Below are positions 16,408 to 25,713 of a DNA stretch of 64,000 bases, piece after piece. The notes under the pieces were generated by a model. That model searched no databases. It was given only the letters and a program-made list of their open reading frames with translations, and was not told the DNA's origin. Both the position numbers and the translations under genes were made by a program. Origin of the DNA: an uncultured Bdellovibrio sp. (GTDB lineage Bacteria > Bdellovibrionota > UBA1018); contig CAZBEI010000116.1 of the NCBI GenBank assembly GCA_964490895.1, forward strand, positions 14,639 to 78,638, in the 5' to 3' direction. Numbering within the stretch: position 1 is the first letter of the stretch; the number at the start of each line of letters is the position of its first letter.

Positions 16408-17118
16408 TCACTCTCCGCGAAGATTTGTGGGCGCTCCTTTGTATTCGCTCGCTGGTGCTCGACTTTGCATCTGCTTTACAAAAGGGAGGTTTTTGAGCTG
16501 GGGGTGGGTTTTTAGAAACTCTTCTAAAACTTGGGTTCTTTGGTCGATTTGACCCAACTCCCCTAAAGATTTCATTTCATAAAACCAAGGGGGAAGGTAC
16601 TCGGTTTCTAGGGTTCTGCTTTTGTGAAAAAGGATCATTGCATCCGCCCATTTTTTTTCATCAAAAAGCATCTTGCCATCTAAAAAAAGCTTCTTAGAAT
16701 CAAGAGGTTCAAACTCTAAATCGACTGGTTTTACTTTCTCAGCTTCGACAAATTTCTCTTTGATCACTTGTTTAGTGATGGTTTTTTCTTGTTCTGGCTC
16801 GGTTAAATTAAAATATTTTCTCCAATAGGCGAGGAGCTTCTTGTCCCCTTCTTCGTGATTTAAACGAGGAGGTAGGAGCAATTTTAGTTTTTGCCCTAAT
16901 TTAATCCGATAGGGAGCCGGTATGCCATTCCACTCTGCAATTTTTTTATAAAAACTCGATCTCCCATAGTAATAGAGAGCCACCATGCTCAAGTTTTTTG
17001 TATTCTCATTCACCGTATGCCAATAAACCTTGTCTTCTTGGGCATAAGAGTACTGAGCAAAAAACAAATGCATGCACAAATACAAAAAATAGTATTTAAA
17101 AACAGCAAACCTGTACAA
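16408..17118 (-). CDS. Secreted LysM-like domain protein
   Basis: Signal peptide. The segment YWHTVNENTKNLSMVALYYYG...IAEWNGI...IKLGQKLKLL fits the LysM pattern (Y.V..GDTL..IA......I...N.I...GQ.L.IP) loosely. Confidence 0.35.
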   Translation of the reverse strand: MYRFAVFKYYFLYLCMHLFFAQYSYAQEDKVYWHTVNENTKNLSMVALYYYGRSSFYKKIAEWNGIPAPYRIKLGQKLKLLLPPRLNHEEGDKKLLAYWRKYFNLTEPEQEKTITKQVIKEKFVEAEKVKPVDLEFEPLDSKKLFLDGKMLFDEKKWADAMILFHKSRTLETEYLPPWFYEMKSLGELGQIDQRTQVLEEFLKTHPQLKNLPFVKQMQSRAPASEYKGAPTNLRGE

Positions 17119-17222
17119 ACAATTCCCAGACCTATTTCTCGCCCTATTTTATATTATGGCTGATTCCTGTGAGATCATCGATGGGAATTTTTTGCCTAGA
17201 AGTTTTTGCCTCACCCTATGGG

Positions 17223-18356
17223 TTAAACCCCCCACCACTTTGACAAAATAGGGTCACTCACAAAATAACCTTCATCATCTTTTAAAATATACCCCAGTTC
17301 CTCGAGTTTTATGACTGCCTTTCTCACTGATGAGTGACCAGGAAGGCGGTGTTTTTTTAAAAAATAAGCTGCAGTTACGGGTTGTTTTGGATCTCTAGCA
17401 ATGGCCTTAAATATTTGTCGTTGTTGAGAAGTCAACACCACAATGGCATTCTCGAAGGTCGTGCGCTCTTGACGAAAGGCTGCATTCAAAATTTCTTCGG
17501 GTGTCACTTTGTCCCAGTTTTTGTGAGTTGCATAACTTTCCCAGGCAAAAAAACCAAGAAGCTGCACATAATAAGGATGTCCTTGACTCATTTGAGCAAT
17601 GATTTCGGATAAAGCCAAAGGCGCTGTATCACCCGATAATAAAAACCTTGAAGCTAAATAATGTGTGGTCTCTGAAATGGGTACAAATCCTAAATCAAAA
17701 CGAAGTGCACTTTGATAAAAAGCTCGCTTTTTATTAAAAAACATCTCTTTTAGCAACGTAGGAAGACTCCCAGAAAAAAAAACGGTTGTGCTTTTAAAAT
17801 GCTGAACAACGGCTCTCAAATATTTTTCAATCTTCCCAGAGGGGTCGTAAGCACATATTTCCTGGATTTCATCAAAAATAATAAGCTTTTTCCCTAATTT
17901 TTTATTCAGATCAAACCAAAGTAAAAGCTCCTCTAAGTCCTTAAAACTGAGTGGATTTGAATCTAGAGAAATACCAAACTCAGGCTCACCTGAGGGACTG
18001 ATAGAAATTTTTGGAGCAAGCTTCGGAAGTCCTTTTTTAATTGTTGCAACCAACTGAGAGAGCGTCCCTCTCTGACTTTTCACAACCTCCTGACCGATGA
18101 GATTCAAAAAAGCTTCTTCTGTTGAGCTTTTAAACAAATCTACAAAAACTACAGTAAACGAATGTTTCTGTTTTAGCTCCGTGGCTACTCTTTCTAAAAG
18201 GCTCGATTTTCCAAACCTGCGTGGAGCCAAAAGTAAGGTGTGCTGCCCTCCCAAAGCGTGCTGCATCAACGTTTTTAGTTCTTGTTTCCGGTTAAAAAAA
18301 ACGCCTTCGCTTGCGATACCTTTCATTTTGAATGGATTGTGAACACTTTGATCCAT
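17223..18356 (-). CDS. AAA+ ATPase of the Arch_ATPase (PF01637-like) type with C-terminal DUF234-like winged-helix tail
   Basis: Walker A LLLAPRRFGKSSLL, Walker B LIIFDEIQEI. 377 aa, stand-alone, no obvious partner gene. Confidence 0.5.
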   Translation of the reverse strand: MDQSVHNPFKMKGIASEGVFFNRKQELKTLMQHALGGQHTLLLAPRRFGKSSLLERVATELKQKHSFTVVFVDLFKSSTEEAFLNLIGQEVVKSQRGTLSQLVATIKKGLPKLAPKISISPSGEPEFGISLDSNPLSFKDLEELLLWFDLNKKLGKKLIIFDEIQEICAYDPSGKIEKYLRAVVQHFKSTTVFFSGSLPTLLKEMFFNKKRAFYQSALRFDLGFVPISETTHYLASRFLLSGDTAPLALSEIIAQMSQGHPYYVQLLGFFAWESYATHKNWDKVTPEEILNAAFRQERTTFENAIVVLTSQQRQIFKAIARDPKQPVTAAYFLKKHRLPGHSSVRKAVIKLEELGYILKDDEGYFVSDPILSKWWGV

Positions 18357-18404
18357 GACACTATTAGTGTGACACCAATAGTGTCGTAAGTCAACTCTGC
18401 CGCC

Positions 18405-20384
18405 CTAAGTAGCAAGATCCATGAGTTCAGAAATATCCATCACCTTGACCTTGCCTTGCATCTCTTTAGACTTCACTCCATCGGTGAGCATTGTCATGCA
18501 AAAAGGACAGCTCGAAGCTACGACCCCGGCATTGGTTTCTAGCGCTTGCTCAGTGCGCGCAATATTGACTCGCTTGCCGGTTTTTTCTTCCATAAACATG
18601 CGGCCCCCGCCTGCCCCACAGCACATGCTTTGATCGTGATTGCTTTTCATTTCTACGACGCGCGCAGAAGGGATTGAAGAAATCACAGAGCGTGGCTCTT
18701 CGTAGATCCCATTCCAGCGGCCCAAGTAACAGCTGTCATGAAAAGTCACAGTCTCATCTACCCCCTTTGTGGGCTTTAACCTTCCGTCCCGAACAAGCTC
18801 TGCAATATATTGCGAATGATGCACAACTTCGTAGTTGCCTCCAAAGTCTTTGTACTCGTTTTTAATCGTATTAAAACAGTGCGGGCAAGAAGTTAAAATC
18901 TTTTTAGGTTTATAGCGATTGAGCGTTTCAATATTGGCTTTCGCTAAAGTTTGATAAAGATACTCGTTCCCAATCCTGCGCGCTGGATCTCCTGTGCATT
19001 TTTCTTCCATCCCTAGAATAGCAAACTTTACCTCTGCTTTTTTTAATAAACTCACCATAGAACGAATGACTTTTTTATTTCTATCGTCATACGATCCGGC
19101 ACATCCCACCCATAAAAGCACATCGACATTGGAATCCTCTGCCATCGTTTTTACAGACAACCCTGATGCCCAGTTAGCTCGATCCGACTGACTGAAAGCC
19201 CACGGAGAGCTATTGGTTTCCATATTTTTAAATACTGTTTGCACTTCGGGTGGAAATCGCGACTCCATCATGACCAAATTGCGGCGAATATCGTAAATTT
19301 TGTCAACTTGCTCGATAAAAACAGGGCACGCAATTTCGCACGCTCGACACGACGTACATGCCCAGATCACATCTTCTGTGACGTTAGAATCTATGATATG
19401 AGAAACCTGATCGCCTTCATGTTTTAAAATCTTATCTTTATTTAAAAAGAGATTATTTTTTAAGTCTAAAATAAGCATTTTAGGCGAAAGCGGTTTGCCT
19501 GTATTCCAGGCAGGACAAAGGTCTTGGCAGCGGCCGCACTCCGTACACGAATAATAATCCAAGGCATCTTTCCACGACAGGTCTGTCACTTTAGCAGCTC
19601 CGTACTGTGTCACTTTTTCGTCTTCGAAGTTGATGGGAGTCATCCCTTTTTCGCGCTGTAGCTTTTTTAAAAAAGTATTAGGCCCCGCAGCCACAATGTG
19701 AAGGTGTTTTGAACTCGGAATATAAACCGAAAATCCGAGCACAATCAAAAGATGCACCCATTTAAAAAAAATACCGAATCCATAATTTGTTGAGGCATCC
19801 AACTGAAACCCACTTAAGCAACTTGCCACAAGACTGGAAACAGGCATTGCATTTTGAAACCATGGAGATTTGCCTAAAAAAGTAAATCCATTCATCAATA
19901 AAATCGACACCATCAAAAGCCCAATAAGGCATAAAATAATGCCAGCGTCTTTGGACTTGCCAAGCCCCTCTGGACGTAGAACATACCTCCGATAACAGGC
20001 AAAAAGCACAGCCAATAAAACTGCTAAAGTAAAAATATCTTGGAAAAAAACTAAAACCGAATATGGGATCTGTCCTATAAATTCAAAATCTGCAGCGCTG
20101 TAAATCGTAGTAGACATTTGTTCGAGTGTGCCCACTGTAATAATGATAAATCCCCAAAAGATAATCGCATGCATGATGCCTGCGCCCCGTTTTTGGAGAA
20201 CTGCTTTTTGCCCCAGGACATTGACAAAGGTAGTCCATATGCGTGCTTTGATTTGATTGAGAGTGGGTCCTTTGCCGCGATGGGACATCATCATTTTGTA
20301 CAATAAATAAAAACGATAGCTAGACAATCCAAAGGCAGAAAATGCAATAGGGAGAAATAGGAAAGTTTGCCAGGTCAAGGTCAT
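18405..20384 (-). CDS. Membrane-bound Fe-S oxidoreductase with two 4Fe-4S ferredoxin motifs and CCG domains (EtfD-like ETF:quinone oxidoreductase candidate)
   Basis: N-terminal multi-TM region; CTECGRCQDLCPA and CTSCRACEIACPV cluster motifs; C-terminal CCGAGGG motifs. Immediately downstream of etfB-etfA on the same strand. Confidence 0.6.
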   Translation of the reverse strand: MTLTWQTFLFLPIAFSAFGLSSYRFYLLYKMMMSHRGKGPTLNQIKARIWTTFVNVLGQKAVLQKRGAGIMHAIIFWGFIIITVGTLEQMSTTIYSAADFEFIGQIPYSVLVFFQDIFTLAVLLAVLFACYRRYVLRPEGLGKSKDAGIILCLIGLLMVSILLMNGFTFLGKSPWFQNAMPVSSLVASCLSGFQLDASTNYGFGIFFKWVHLLIVLGFSVYIPSSKHLHIVAAGPNTFLKKLQREKGMTPINFEDEKVTQYGAAKVTDLSWKDALDYYSCTECGRCQDLCPAWNTGKPLSPKMLILDLKNNLFLNKDKILKHEGDQVSHIIDSNVTEDVIWACTSCRACEIACPVFIEQVDKIYDIRRNLVMMESRFPPEVQTVFKNMETNSSPWAFSQSDRANWASGLSVKTMAEDSNVDVLLWVGCAGSYDDRNKKVIRSMVSLLKKAEVKFAILGMEEKCTGDPARRIGNEYLYQTLAKANIETLNRYKPKKILTSCPHCFNTIKNEYKDFGGNYEVVHHSQYIAELVRDGRLKPTKGVDETVTFHDSCYLGRWNGIYEEPRSVISSIPSARVVEMKSNHDQSMCCGAGGGRMFMEEKTGKRVNIARTEQALETNAGVVASSCPFCMTMLTDGVKSKEMQGKVKVMDISELMDLAT

Positions 20385-20395
20385 TGAAACTCGCT

Positions 20396-21364
20396 CTAGT
20401 GTTCTTTAATTTTTTTAAACTCTTCTTTTAATAGTGGCACAAGAGCAAATAAATCGCCAACAATTCCATAATCTGCTACTTGAAAAATCGGAGCCTCTGC
20501 GTCTATATTGATTGCCACTATGCATTTGGATGTTCTCATTCCTGCCAAATGCTGAATCGCCCCACTGATACCGCAAGCAATATAAAGAGCTGGAGAAACG
20601 ACTTTTCCAGTCTGGCCCACTTGATCTCGATGTGGACGATAGCCAGAGTCTACGGCTGCGCGAGAAGCACCCACTGCAGCCCCTAAAACATCCGCCAATT
20701 CTTCTATGATTTTAAAATTATCCGCGCTCTTAAGAGATCTCCCACCAGACACTACAATGGCCGCTTCCGTGACATCCGGCCTAGCACTTGTACCCTTGAC
20801 GACTTCTAACACTTTTGTTTTGAGGCCAGAAAAATCCACGGCCACAGAGACAACTTCTGCGGACTTCGAAGAGTCTACCTTTGACACTCCAATGGCGTTT
20901 GGCCTGATGCTGGCCACTCTCGGGCCACCACCTAAAAACTCGACCTCTACTGTGGCTTTTCCTGCATAAATGGGGCGCCTCACTTTGAGCGTTGATCCTT
21001 CGATTTGAACTTGCGTGCAATCACTGGCCAGACCCACTCCGAGCTTCGCAGCCAGCTTGGGCATAAAATCTCGACCTGTGGGAGAGTGACTCGCTAAAAT
21101 AATTTCTGGAGAGACCTGTTTTACAACGGCCAAAATAGCGTGTGTGTAGGCTTCTGCAGTATAATATTTTAAAGCAGGTGCTTCGATCAAATGCACTTTC
21201 GAGGCTCCATAGGGACCTAATTCTTTGGAGAGCTGAGAAACGCCCTCTCCTAAAAGCACGACATGGGTTTCGTTTCCTGATTTCGAAGCTGCACCCAAAA
21301 GCTCGAATGTTGATTTTTTAAGCCGTCCCTCTCTTTGTTCTGCAATGACTAAGATTTTTCCCAT
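20396..21364 (-). CDS. etfA: Electron transfer flavoprotein alpha subunit
   Basis: MGKILVIAEQREG... N-terminus and C-terminal FAD-binding PALYIACGISGAIQHLAGM. Confidence 0.85.
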   Translation of the reverse strand: MGKILVIAEQREGRLKKSTFELLGAASKSGNETHVVLLGEGVSQLSKELGPYGASKVHLIEAPALKYYTAEAYTHAILAVVKQVSPEIILASHSPTGRDFMPKLAAKLGVGLASDCTQVQIEGSTLKVRRPIYAGKATVEVEFLGGGPRVASIRPNAIGVSKVDSSKSAEVVSVAVDFSGLKTKVLEVVKGTSARPDVTEAAIVVSGGRSLKSADNFKIIEELADVLGAAVGASRAAVDSGYRPHRDQVGQTGKVVSPALYIACGISGAIQHLAGMRTSKCIVAINIDAEAPIFQVADYGIVGDLFALVPLLKEEFKKIKEH

Positions 21365-21367
21365 GAG

Positions 21368-22141
21368 TTACACCACCTTTGCTTCTTCGTGTAAAAGTCT
21401 GACCAGCTCTTTGGCTTGTAATGCAGGATCTCCTGCAATTTTCTTTCCTGCTTGTTTAGGAGGCGGCAGCTGAAAGTTTTTGTACCGAATCTTTTGGTCA
21501 TTTTCTCCTACACCTAACTCAGCTGCCTTATAGGCTTTCACTTCTTTTTTCTTAGCCTTCATAATATTGGGTAAAGTAGCGTAGCGAGGTTCATTCAAAC
21601 CTTTCTGAGCTGCAATCACTGCGGGCACGCTCACCTGCACCATCTCGTATGCACCACCCTCGATCTCGCGTTTGCACTTCAAAGAATCTGCACTATACTC
21701 CACATTCAAAATAACCGTGACATAGGGAAACCCTAAATACTCCGCTAAAAGTTGGCTCACCTGTGCTGCTCCATCATCAATGGCTTCTTTGCCAGTAAAA
21801 ACAAGATCCACTTTGGCTTCTTTTTGAAGTGCTGCTGCCAATGCTTTTGCAGCACTGTTATTATCTGCAGTTTCTAGCAGCTCAATATGAATTCCACTAT
21901 CTGCTCCCATTGCAAGGGCTGTCCTCAAAGAATCCACCACTCGCGCAGGCCCTGCACTTAAAACCGTCACTGTGCTTCCTGTATTTTTTTCTTTGAGCCG
22001 CAAAGCCTCTTCGATTGCAAATTCGTCATAGGGAGAAATAATCCATTTGACACCTGCTGTGTCAATCCCACTATTGTCAGAATTGAGTTTTATTTTTGTC
22101 TCCGTGTCTGGAACTTGTTTGACACATACATAGATGTTCAT
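21368..22141 (-). CDS. etfB: Electron transfer flavoprotein beta subunit
   Basis: MNIYVCVKQVPDTE... N-terminus typical of EtfB. 257 aa. Lies 3 nt upstream of etfA. Confidence 0.85.
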   Translation of the reverse strand: MNIYVCVKQVPDTETKIKLNSDNSGIDTAGVKWIISPYDEFAIEEALRLKEKNTGSTVTVLSAGPARVVDSLRTALAMGADSGIHIELLETADNNSAAKALAAALQKEAKVDLVFTGKEAIDDGAAQVSQLLAEYLGFPYVTVILNVEYSADSLKCKREIEGGAYEMVQVSVPAVIAAQKGLNEPRYATLPNIMKAKKKEVKAYKAAELGVGENDQKIRYKNFQLPPPKQAGKKIAGDPALQAKELVRLLHEEAKVV

Positions 22142-22157
22142 AAAATAACCTTTCTCC

Positions 22158-23318
22158 CTATTTCAAAATTTCTGCCACTTGTTTGAGTTTCAATTCATCC
22201 AAACACAAAGTGAATCGCACAAACCCTTCTCCCGCCTGTCCAAAACCCTTTCCAGGAGTGGCTACAATACCCTGTTTCTGGATTAAATTTAATACAAAAT
22301 CTTGAGATTTAACGCCCTTTGGCAACTTAGCCCAAACATAAAACGTAGCCTCTGGCTTTTTGCACGTAAGCCCCACTCGGTTGAGCGCAGGAACTAAAAT
22401 ATCCCGACGTTTTTGATAAATCGTTCTCAGTTCTGATCCAAAAGGTTCATACCCTTCTAACGCGGCAATTCCAGCTTCTTGGCAGGCATTAAATACGCCG
22501 GAGTCCATATTGGTTTTAATGAGAGAGAGGGCCTTCAAAATTTCGGCATTTCCAACAACAAACCCCACACGCCAACCCGTCATATTAAATGTCTTAGAAA
22601 GACTATGAAACTCACATCCAATTTCTTTTGCTCCAGGAACCTCTAAAAAGCTTGGAGGAGCAAGACCATCAAAGTAAATTTCCGAATACGCATTATCATG
22701 GCAAACCAAAATCCCATGGTGATGTGCAAAAGAGACAACCTGCTTAAAAAACTCTCGTGTGGCTGTCGCAGAGGTTGGGTTATTAGGATAGTTTAGAAAA
22801 AGAAGTTTTGTTTTTTTTCGGACCTTTTTTTTAAGGTCATCCCAGTCTGGCAGAAAATTTTGAGCCGCTTTGAGTTTAAAAACCTGAGGGATACCCCCGG
22901 CAAAGGCGGTTGCAACCGAATAAACAGGATATCCTGGATCGGGAACCAATACATGATCTCCAGGATTTACAAAAGCCAAAGGGATATGAGCGATCCCGTC
23001 TTTAGAGCCAATGAGAACTAAAACTTCGTTTTCAGGATTGAGCTGCACCTGAAATCGTTTTTGATACCAGTTTGCGATTGCCACTCGAAAAGAATGGAGG
23101 CCAGCATACGAAGGATATTGATGATTGAGAGGATTTTTTGCAGCTCGGTAAAGCTTTTCAATAATAAAATCGGGCGTGGGCAAATCAGGATCTCCAATGC
23201 CCAGAGAAATGAGCGTTCTCCCTTTTTTGATTTCCTGTTGTTTGATTTCGTCGATCCGAGCAAAAAGGTATGGAGGAACTTTTTTTGCACGATCACTCAG
23301 TCGGATCCTGACTTTCAT
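22158..23318 (-). CDS. Class I/II PLP aminotransferase in the dap cluster (LL-diaminopimelate aminotransferase DapL-type or DapC-type)
   Basis: PLP-lysine motif SLSKTFNMTGWRVGF, with NYPNNPT upstream. Start overlaps the dapB stop by 4 nt. Confidence 0.5.
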   Translation of the reverse strand: MKVRIRLSDRAKKVPPYLFARIDEIKQQEIKKGRTLISLGIGDPDLPTPDFIIEKLYRAAKNPLNHQYPSYAGLHSFRVAIANWYQKRFQVQLNPENEVLVLIGSKDGIAHIPLAFVNPGDHVLVPDPGYPVYSVATAFAGGIPQVFKLKAAQNFLPDWDDLKKKVRKKTKLLFLNYPNNPTSATATREFFKQVVSFAHHHGILVCHDNAYSEIYFDGLAPPSFLEVPGAKEIGCEFHSLSKTFNMTGWRVGFVVGNAEILKALSLIKTNMDSGVFNACQEAGIAALEGYEPFGSELRTIYQKRRDILVPALNRVGLTCKKPEATFYVWAKLPKGVKSQDFVLNLIQKQGIVATPGKGFGQAGEGFVRFTLCLDELKLKQVAEILK

Positions 23319-24025
23319 TGGTACTTCTCTTTGAAAAACTGTTCGAGAGGCAACATCCCTGTGAGCCCCGGGAGCTTTGCTTTTTTCTCAGCCAACCAAA
23401 GTGCAACTTCGATCGCTCCCCTTGCAAAAATACTTCTGTCTTTTGCACTGTGAGAAAATATCATCTGGTCATTTGCACCATAGTAACGGACTTCGTGCTC
23501 TCCAACAACCTCTCCAGCTCGAACACTGTGGGTTTGTACGTTTCCAGGTCCCATGGGCGAAATCACTCGCTGCAAGGAAATAGCTGTTCCACTGGGCATA
23601 TCTTTTTTATGGCGATGGTGGGTTTCTAAAATGACAGGAGTGTATTTTAGTTTTTCTAAAATCCCATGCCCTGATTTGAGAATTTCTGTAAAAGCCATGA
23701 CACCTAAAGAAAAATTAGAAGAAAGCACAATCGCTGTTTTTTTTGAAAGATTTTCTATCTCTCTCAAATCATCAATTTTCCAACCGGTGCTCCCTAAAAT
23801 AAAAACTGGCAAAGGAGCACTCAAAAGCGCTTTTTTGATAAGCTCTACCGCTGCCGCAGGAGCCGAAAAATCAATGACGGCCTCTGACTTTAGAAGAGGC
23901 TCTAAAGCTTCTCCTTGACTCGCTTGAGCACAAAGCTCGGCTTGCTGTAAATAGCTGCTTTTCAAAAGCTCTTGGACTGTTTTTCCCATCCGACCCGAAG
24001 CACCGAGTATTCCGATTTTGATCAT
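23315..24025 (-). CDS. dapB: 4-hydroxy-tetrahydrodipicolinate reductase
   Basis: MIKIGILGASGRMGKTV NAD-binding N-terminus and EtHHrhKkDmPSGTA core. The listed ORF extends to 24058, but the ATG at 24025 forms an ATGA overlap with the dapA stop. Confidence 0.8.
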   Translation of the reverse strand: MIKIGILGASGRMGKTVQELLKSSYLQQAELCAQASQGEALEPLLKSEAVIDFSAPAAAVELIKKALLSAPLPVFILGSTGWKIDDLREIENLSKKTAIVLSSNFSLGVMAFTEILKSGHGILEKLKYTPVILETHHRHKKDMPSGTAISLQRVISPMGPGNVQTHSVRAGEVVGEHEVRYYGANDQMIFSHSAKDRSIFARGAIEVALWLAEKKAKLPGLTGMLPLEQFFKEKYQ

Positions 24026-24933
24026 AGCGACTGCCTCTTTTGAGATAGGATCTTGCAAAATTTTAAGCTTTCTTCAAGTTTTTTCTGGCTAGCCTCTTGC
24101 ATAGGAACCAGCGGGAGTCTCAAATAATTTCCGCACCATCCTGCGTAGGCCAAGGCCGCTTTGATGGGTCCAGGATTGCTTTCTATAAATAAATCTCTAA
24201 AAAGAGGGTAATACTGAGTGTGAATTTCGAGTGCACATTTGAGGTTTCCCTTTTCGAACGCACTTTGAAGCGCGACCAAAGCACGCGGAAATAAATTAGA
24301 GGCCACAGAGACAATCCCCCGAGCGCCTAATGCTAGGGAGGGTAAAAAATTGACATCATCCCCAGTAAGAAGGTCTAATTTTTTCCCTGCTTGAGAGAGC
24401 TGATCTCGAATTTCGCTCAAAAAGGAAAGACTCCCCGAAGCTTCTTTGAGAGTCGTGATTTTAGGATGAGCGGCCAACTTTACAATGGTTTCAGGGGTAA
24501 GACTCACGGCCGTGCGTCCCGGGACATTATAAAGCATCACTTCGCAATCAATTGCCTCAGCAATAGTTAAAAAATGTTTGAATAATCCAAATTGAGTCGG
24601 TTTGTTGTAATAGGGCGTAACCAGCAAAACCCCTGCAACACCTTGCTTGGATGCCCACTGAGAAAAAGCTACGGTTTCCGCCGTGTCATTGGTGCCAGTC
24701 CCAGCCACTACTTTTGTATGAGAGCCTTTCAATTCCTCTAAGGCCATGAGTATGAGTGTTTTTTTTTCTTCCTCAGAAAGGGTGGGAGCCTCTCCTGTAG
24801 TGCCACAGGGAATCACTCCTGCTACTTTGGCGGCTTTCTGGTTTTTTAGAAGTTCTTTGTATGCTTTGAGGTCAACTTTGCTGTTTTTATCAAAGGGGGT
24901 AACCAGAGCCGTCCAAATACCGTGCATAAGCAT
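24022..24933 (-). CDS. dapA: 4-hydroxy-tetrahydrodipicolinate synthase
   Basis: GIWTALVTPF... GTTGEAPTLS ... YNVPGRT motifs typical of DapA. 303 aa. Confidence 0.8.
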   Translation of the reverse strand: MLMHGIWTALVTPFDKNSKVDLKAYKELLKNQKAAKVAGVIPCGTTGEAPTLSEEEKKTLILMALEELKGSHTKVVAGTGTNDTAETVAFSQWASKQGVAGVLLVTPYYNKPTQFGLFKHFLTIAEAIDCEVMLYNVPGRTAVSLTPETIVKLAAHPKITTLKEASGSLSFLSEIRDQLSQAGKKLDLLTGDDVNFLPSLALGARGIVSVASNLFPRALVALQSAFEKGNLKCALEIHTQYYPLFRDLFIESNPGPIKAALAYAGWCGNYLRLPLVPMQEASQKKLEESLKFCKILSQKRQSL

Positions 24934-24992
24934 CTGTTACCATAAAAGGGGCGGCTCTAAAATATATATAAAAGCTCGCCCCCTAGAAAGAA

Positions 24993-25622
24993 TTAGTTGA
25001 TTACGGTCTGTTGGACCCATGATCCATTTTTTTGAACATAGGTGTATCTTTCTTTTCCGTTGATTTTATGGATTTGGACTTTGTCCACTTTTTCGACAGC
25101 TCCATTTGTAGAAGGAGTCATAAAAAAATCCACATCCACTTTGTCTCCGCCCTTGTCTTTAAAGTCTGCACAGACAAAAGAGGTGCCATTATTTAATTTT
25201 ACAATTTTCTGGGTGTGAATCTTGTCTAAAGTCAATTGGCGATCCATTTGGCTGATCTCGTCTTTCATTACAAATAAGCCATTGGATTTGGTCTGTTCAT
25301 TTTGAATAAAGGCTTTTAGGTCTTGCTCTACGTTTTTAGGATTCCAAGACGAATGACCTCCTGGTTTTTTGTCTTTTTTATGGCCTGACTTATCCCCTGG
25401 TTTCATAGGGTGTTTCACGTCTCCCCCTGGTTGCTCATGTTTCTTGGGTTCTCCCTTTGGGTGCTCATGTCCCTGTATTTTGGGATCCCCCTGTGGATGT
25501 TCTGCTGCTGACTGATTTTGTTCTTTAGTAGTAGTAGTTGGGTGTTCCTCAGAAAAAGCACTTGGAACTTGGAAATAAAATAAAACGGCACTGGCTAATA
25601 CTGCATTTAATAAATAACGCAT
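24993..25622 (-). CDS. Secreted protein with His/Pro/Gly/Lys-rich repeats (possible metal-binding)
   Basis: Signal peptide, then HPQGDPKIQGHEHPKGEPKKHEQPGGDVKHPMKPGDKSGHKKDKKPGGH, followed by a globular C-terminal domain. Confidence 0.4.
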   Translation of the reverse strand: MRYLLNAVLASAVLFYFQVPSAFSEEHPTTTTKEQNQSAAEHPQGDPKIQGHEHPKGEPKKHEQPGGDVKHPMKPGDKSGHKKDKKPGGHSSWNPKNVEQDLKAFIQNEQTKSNGLFVMKDEISQMDRQLTLDKIHTQKIVKLNNGTSFVCADFKDKGGDKVDVDFFMTPSTNGAVEKVDKVQIHKINGKERYTYVQKNGSWVQQTVIN

Positions 25623-25713
25623 GTTTTCTCCTTTTCTAATTTAAGATATTAAGGCTATACTTTCCTACTTAGGTTTATTTTTTTACTTTTGTAAACAAAA
25701 AAGGGGGCTGCAA

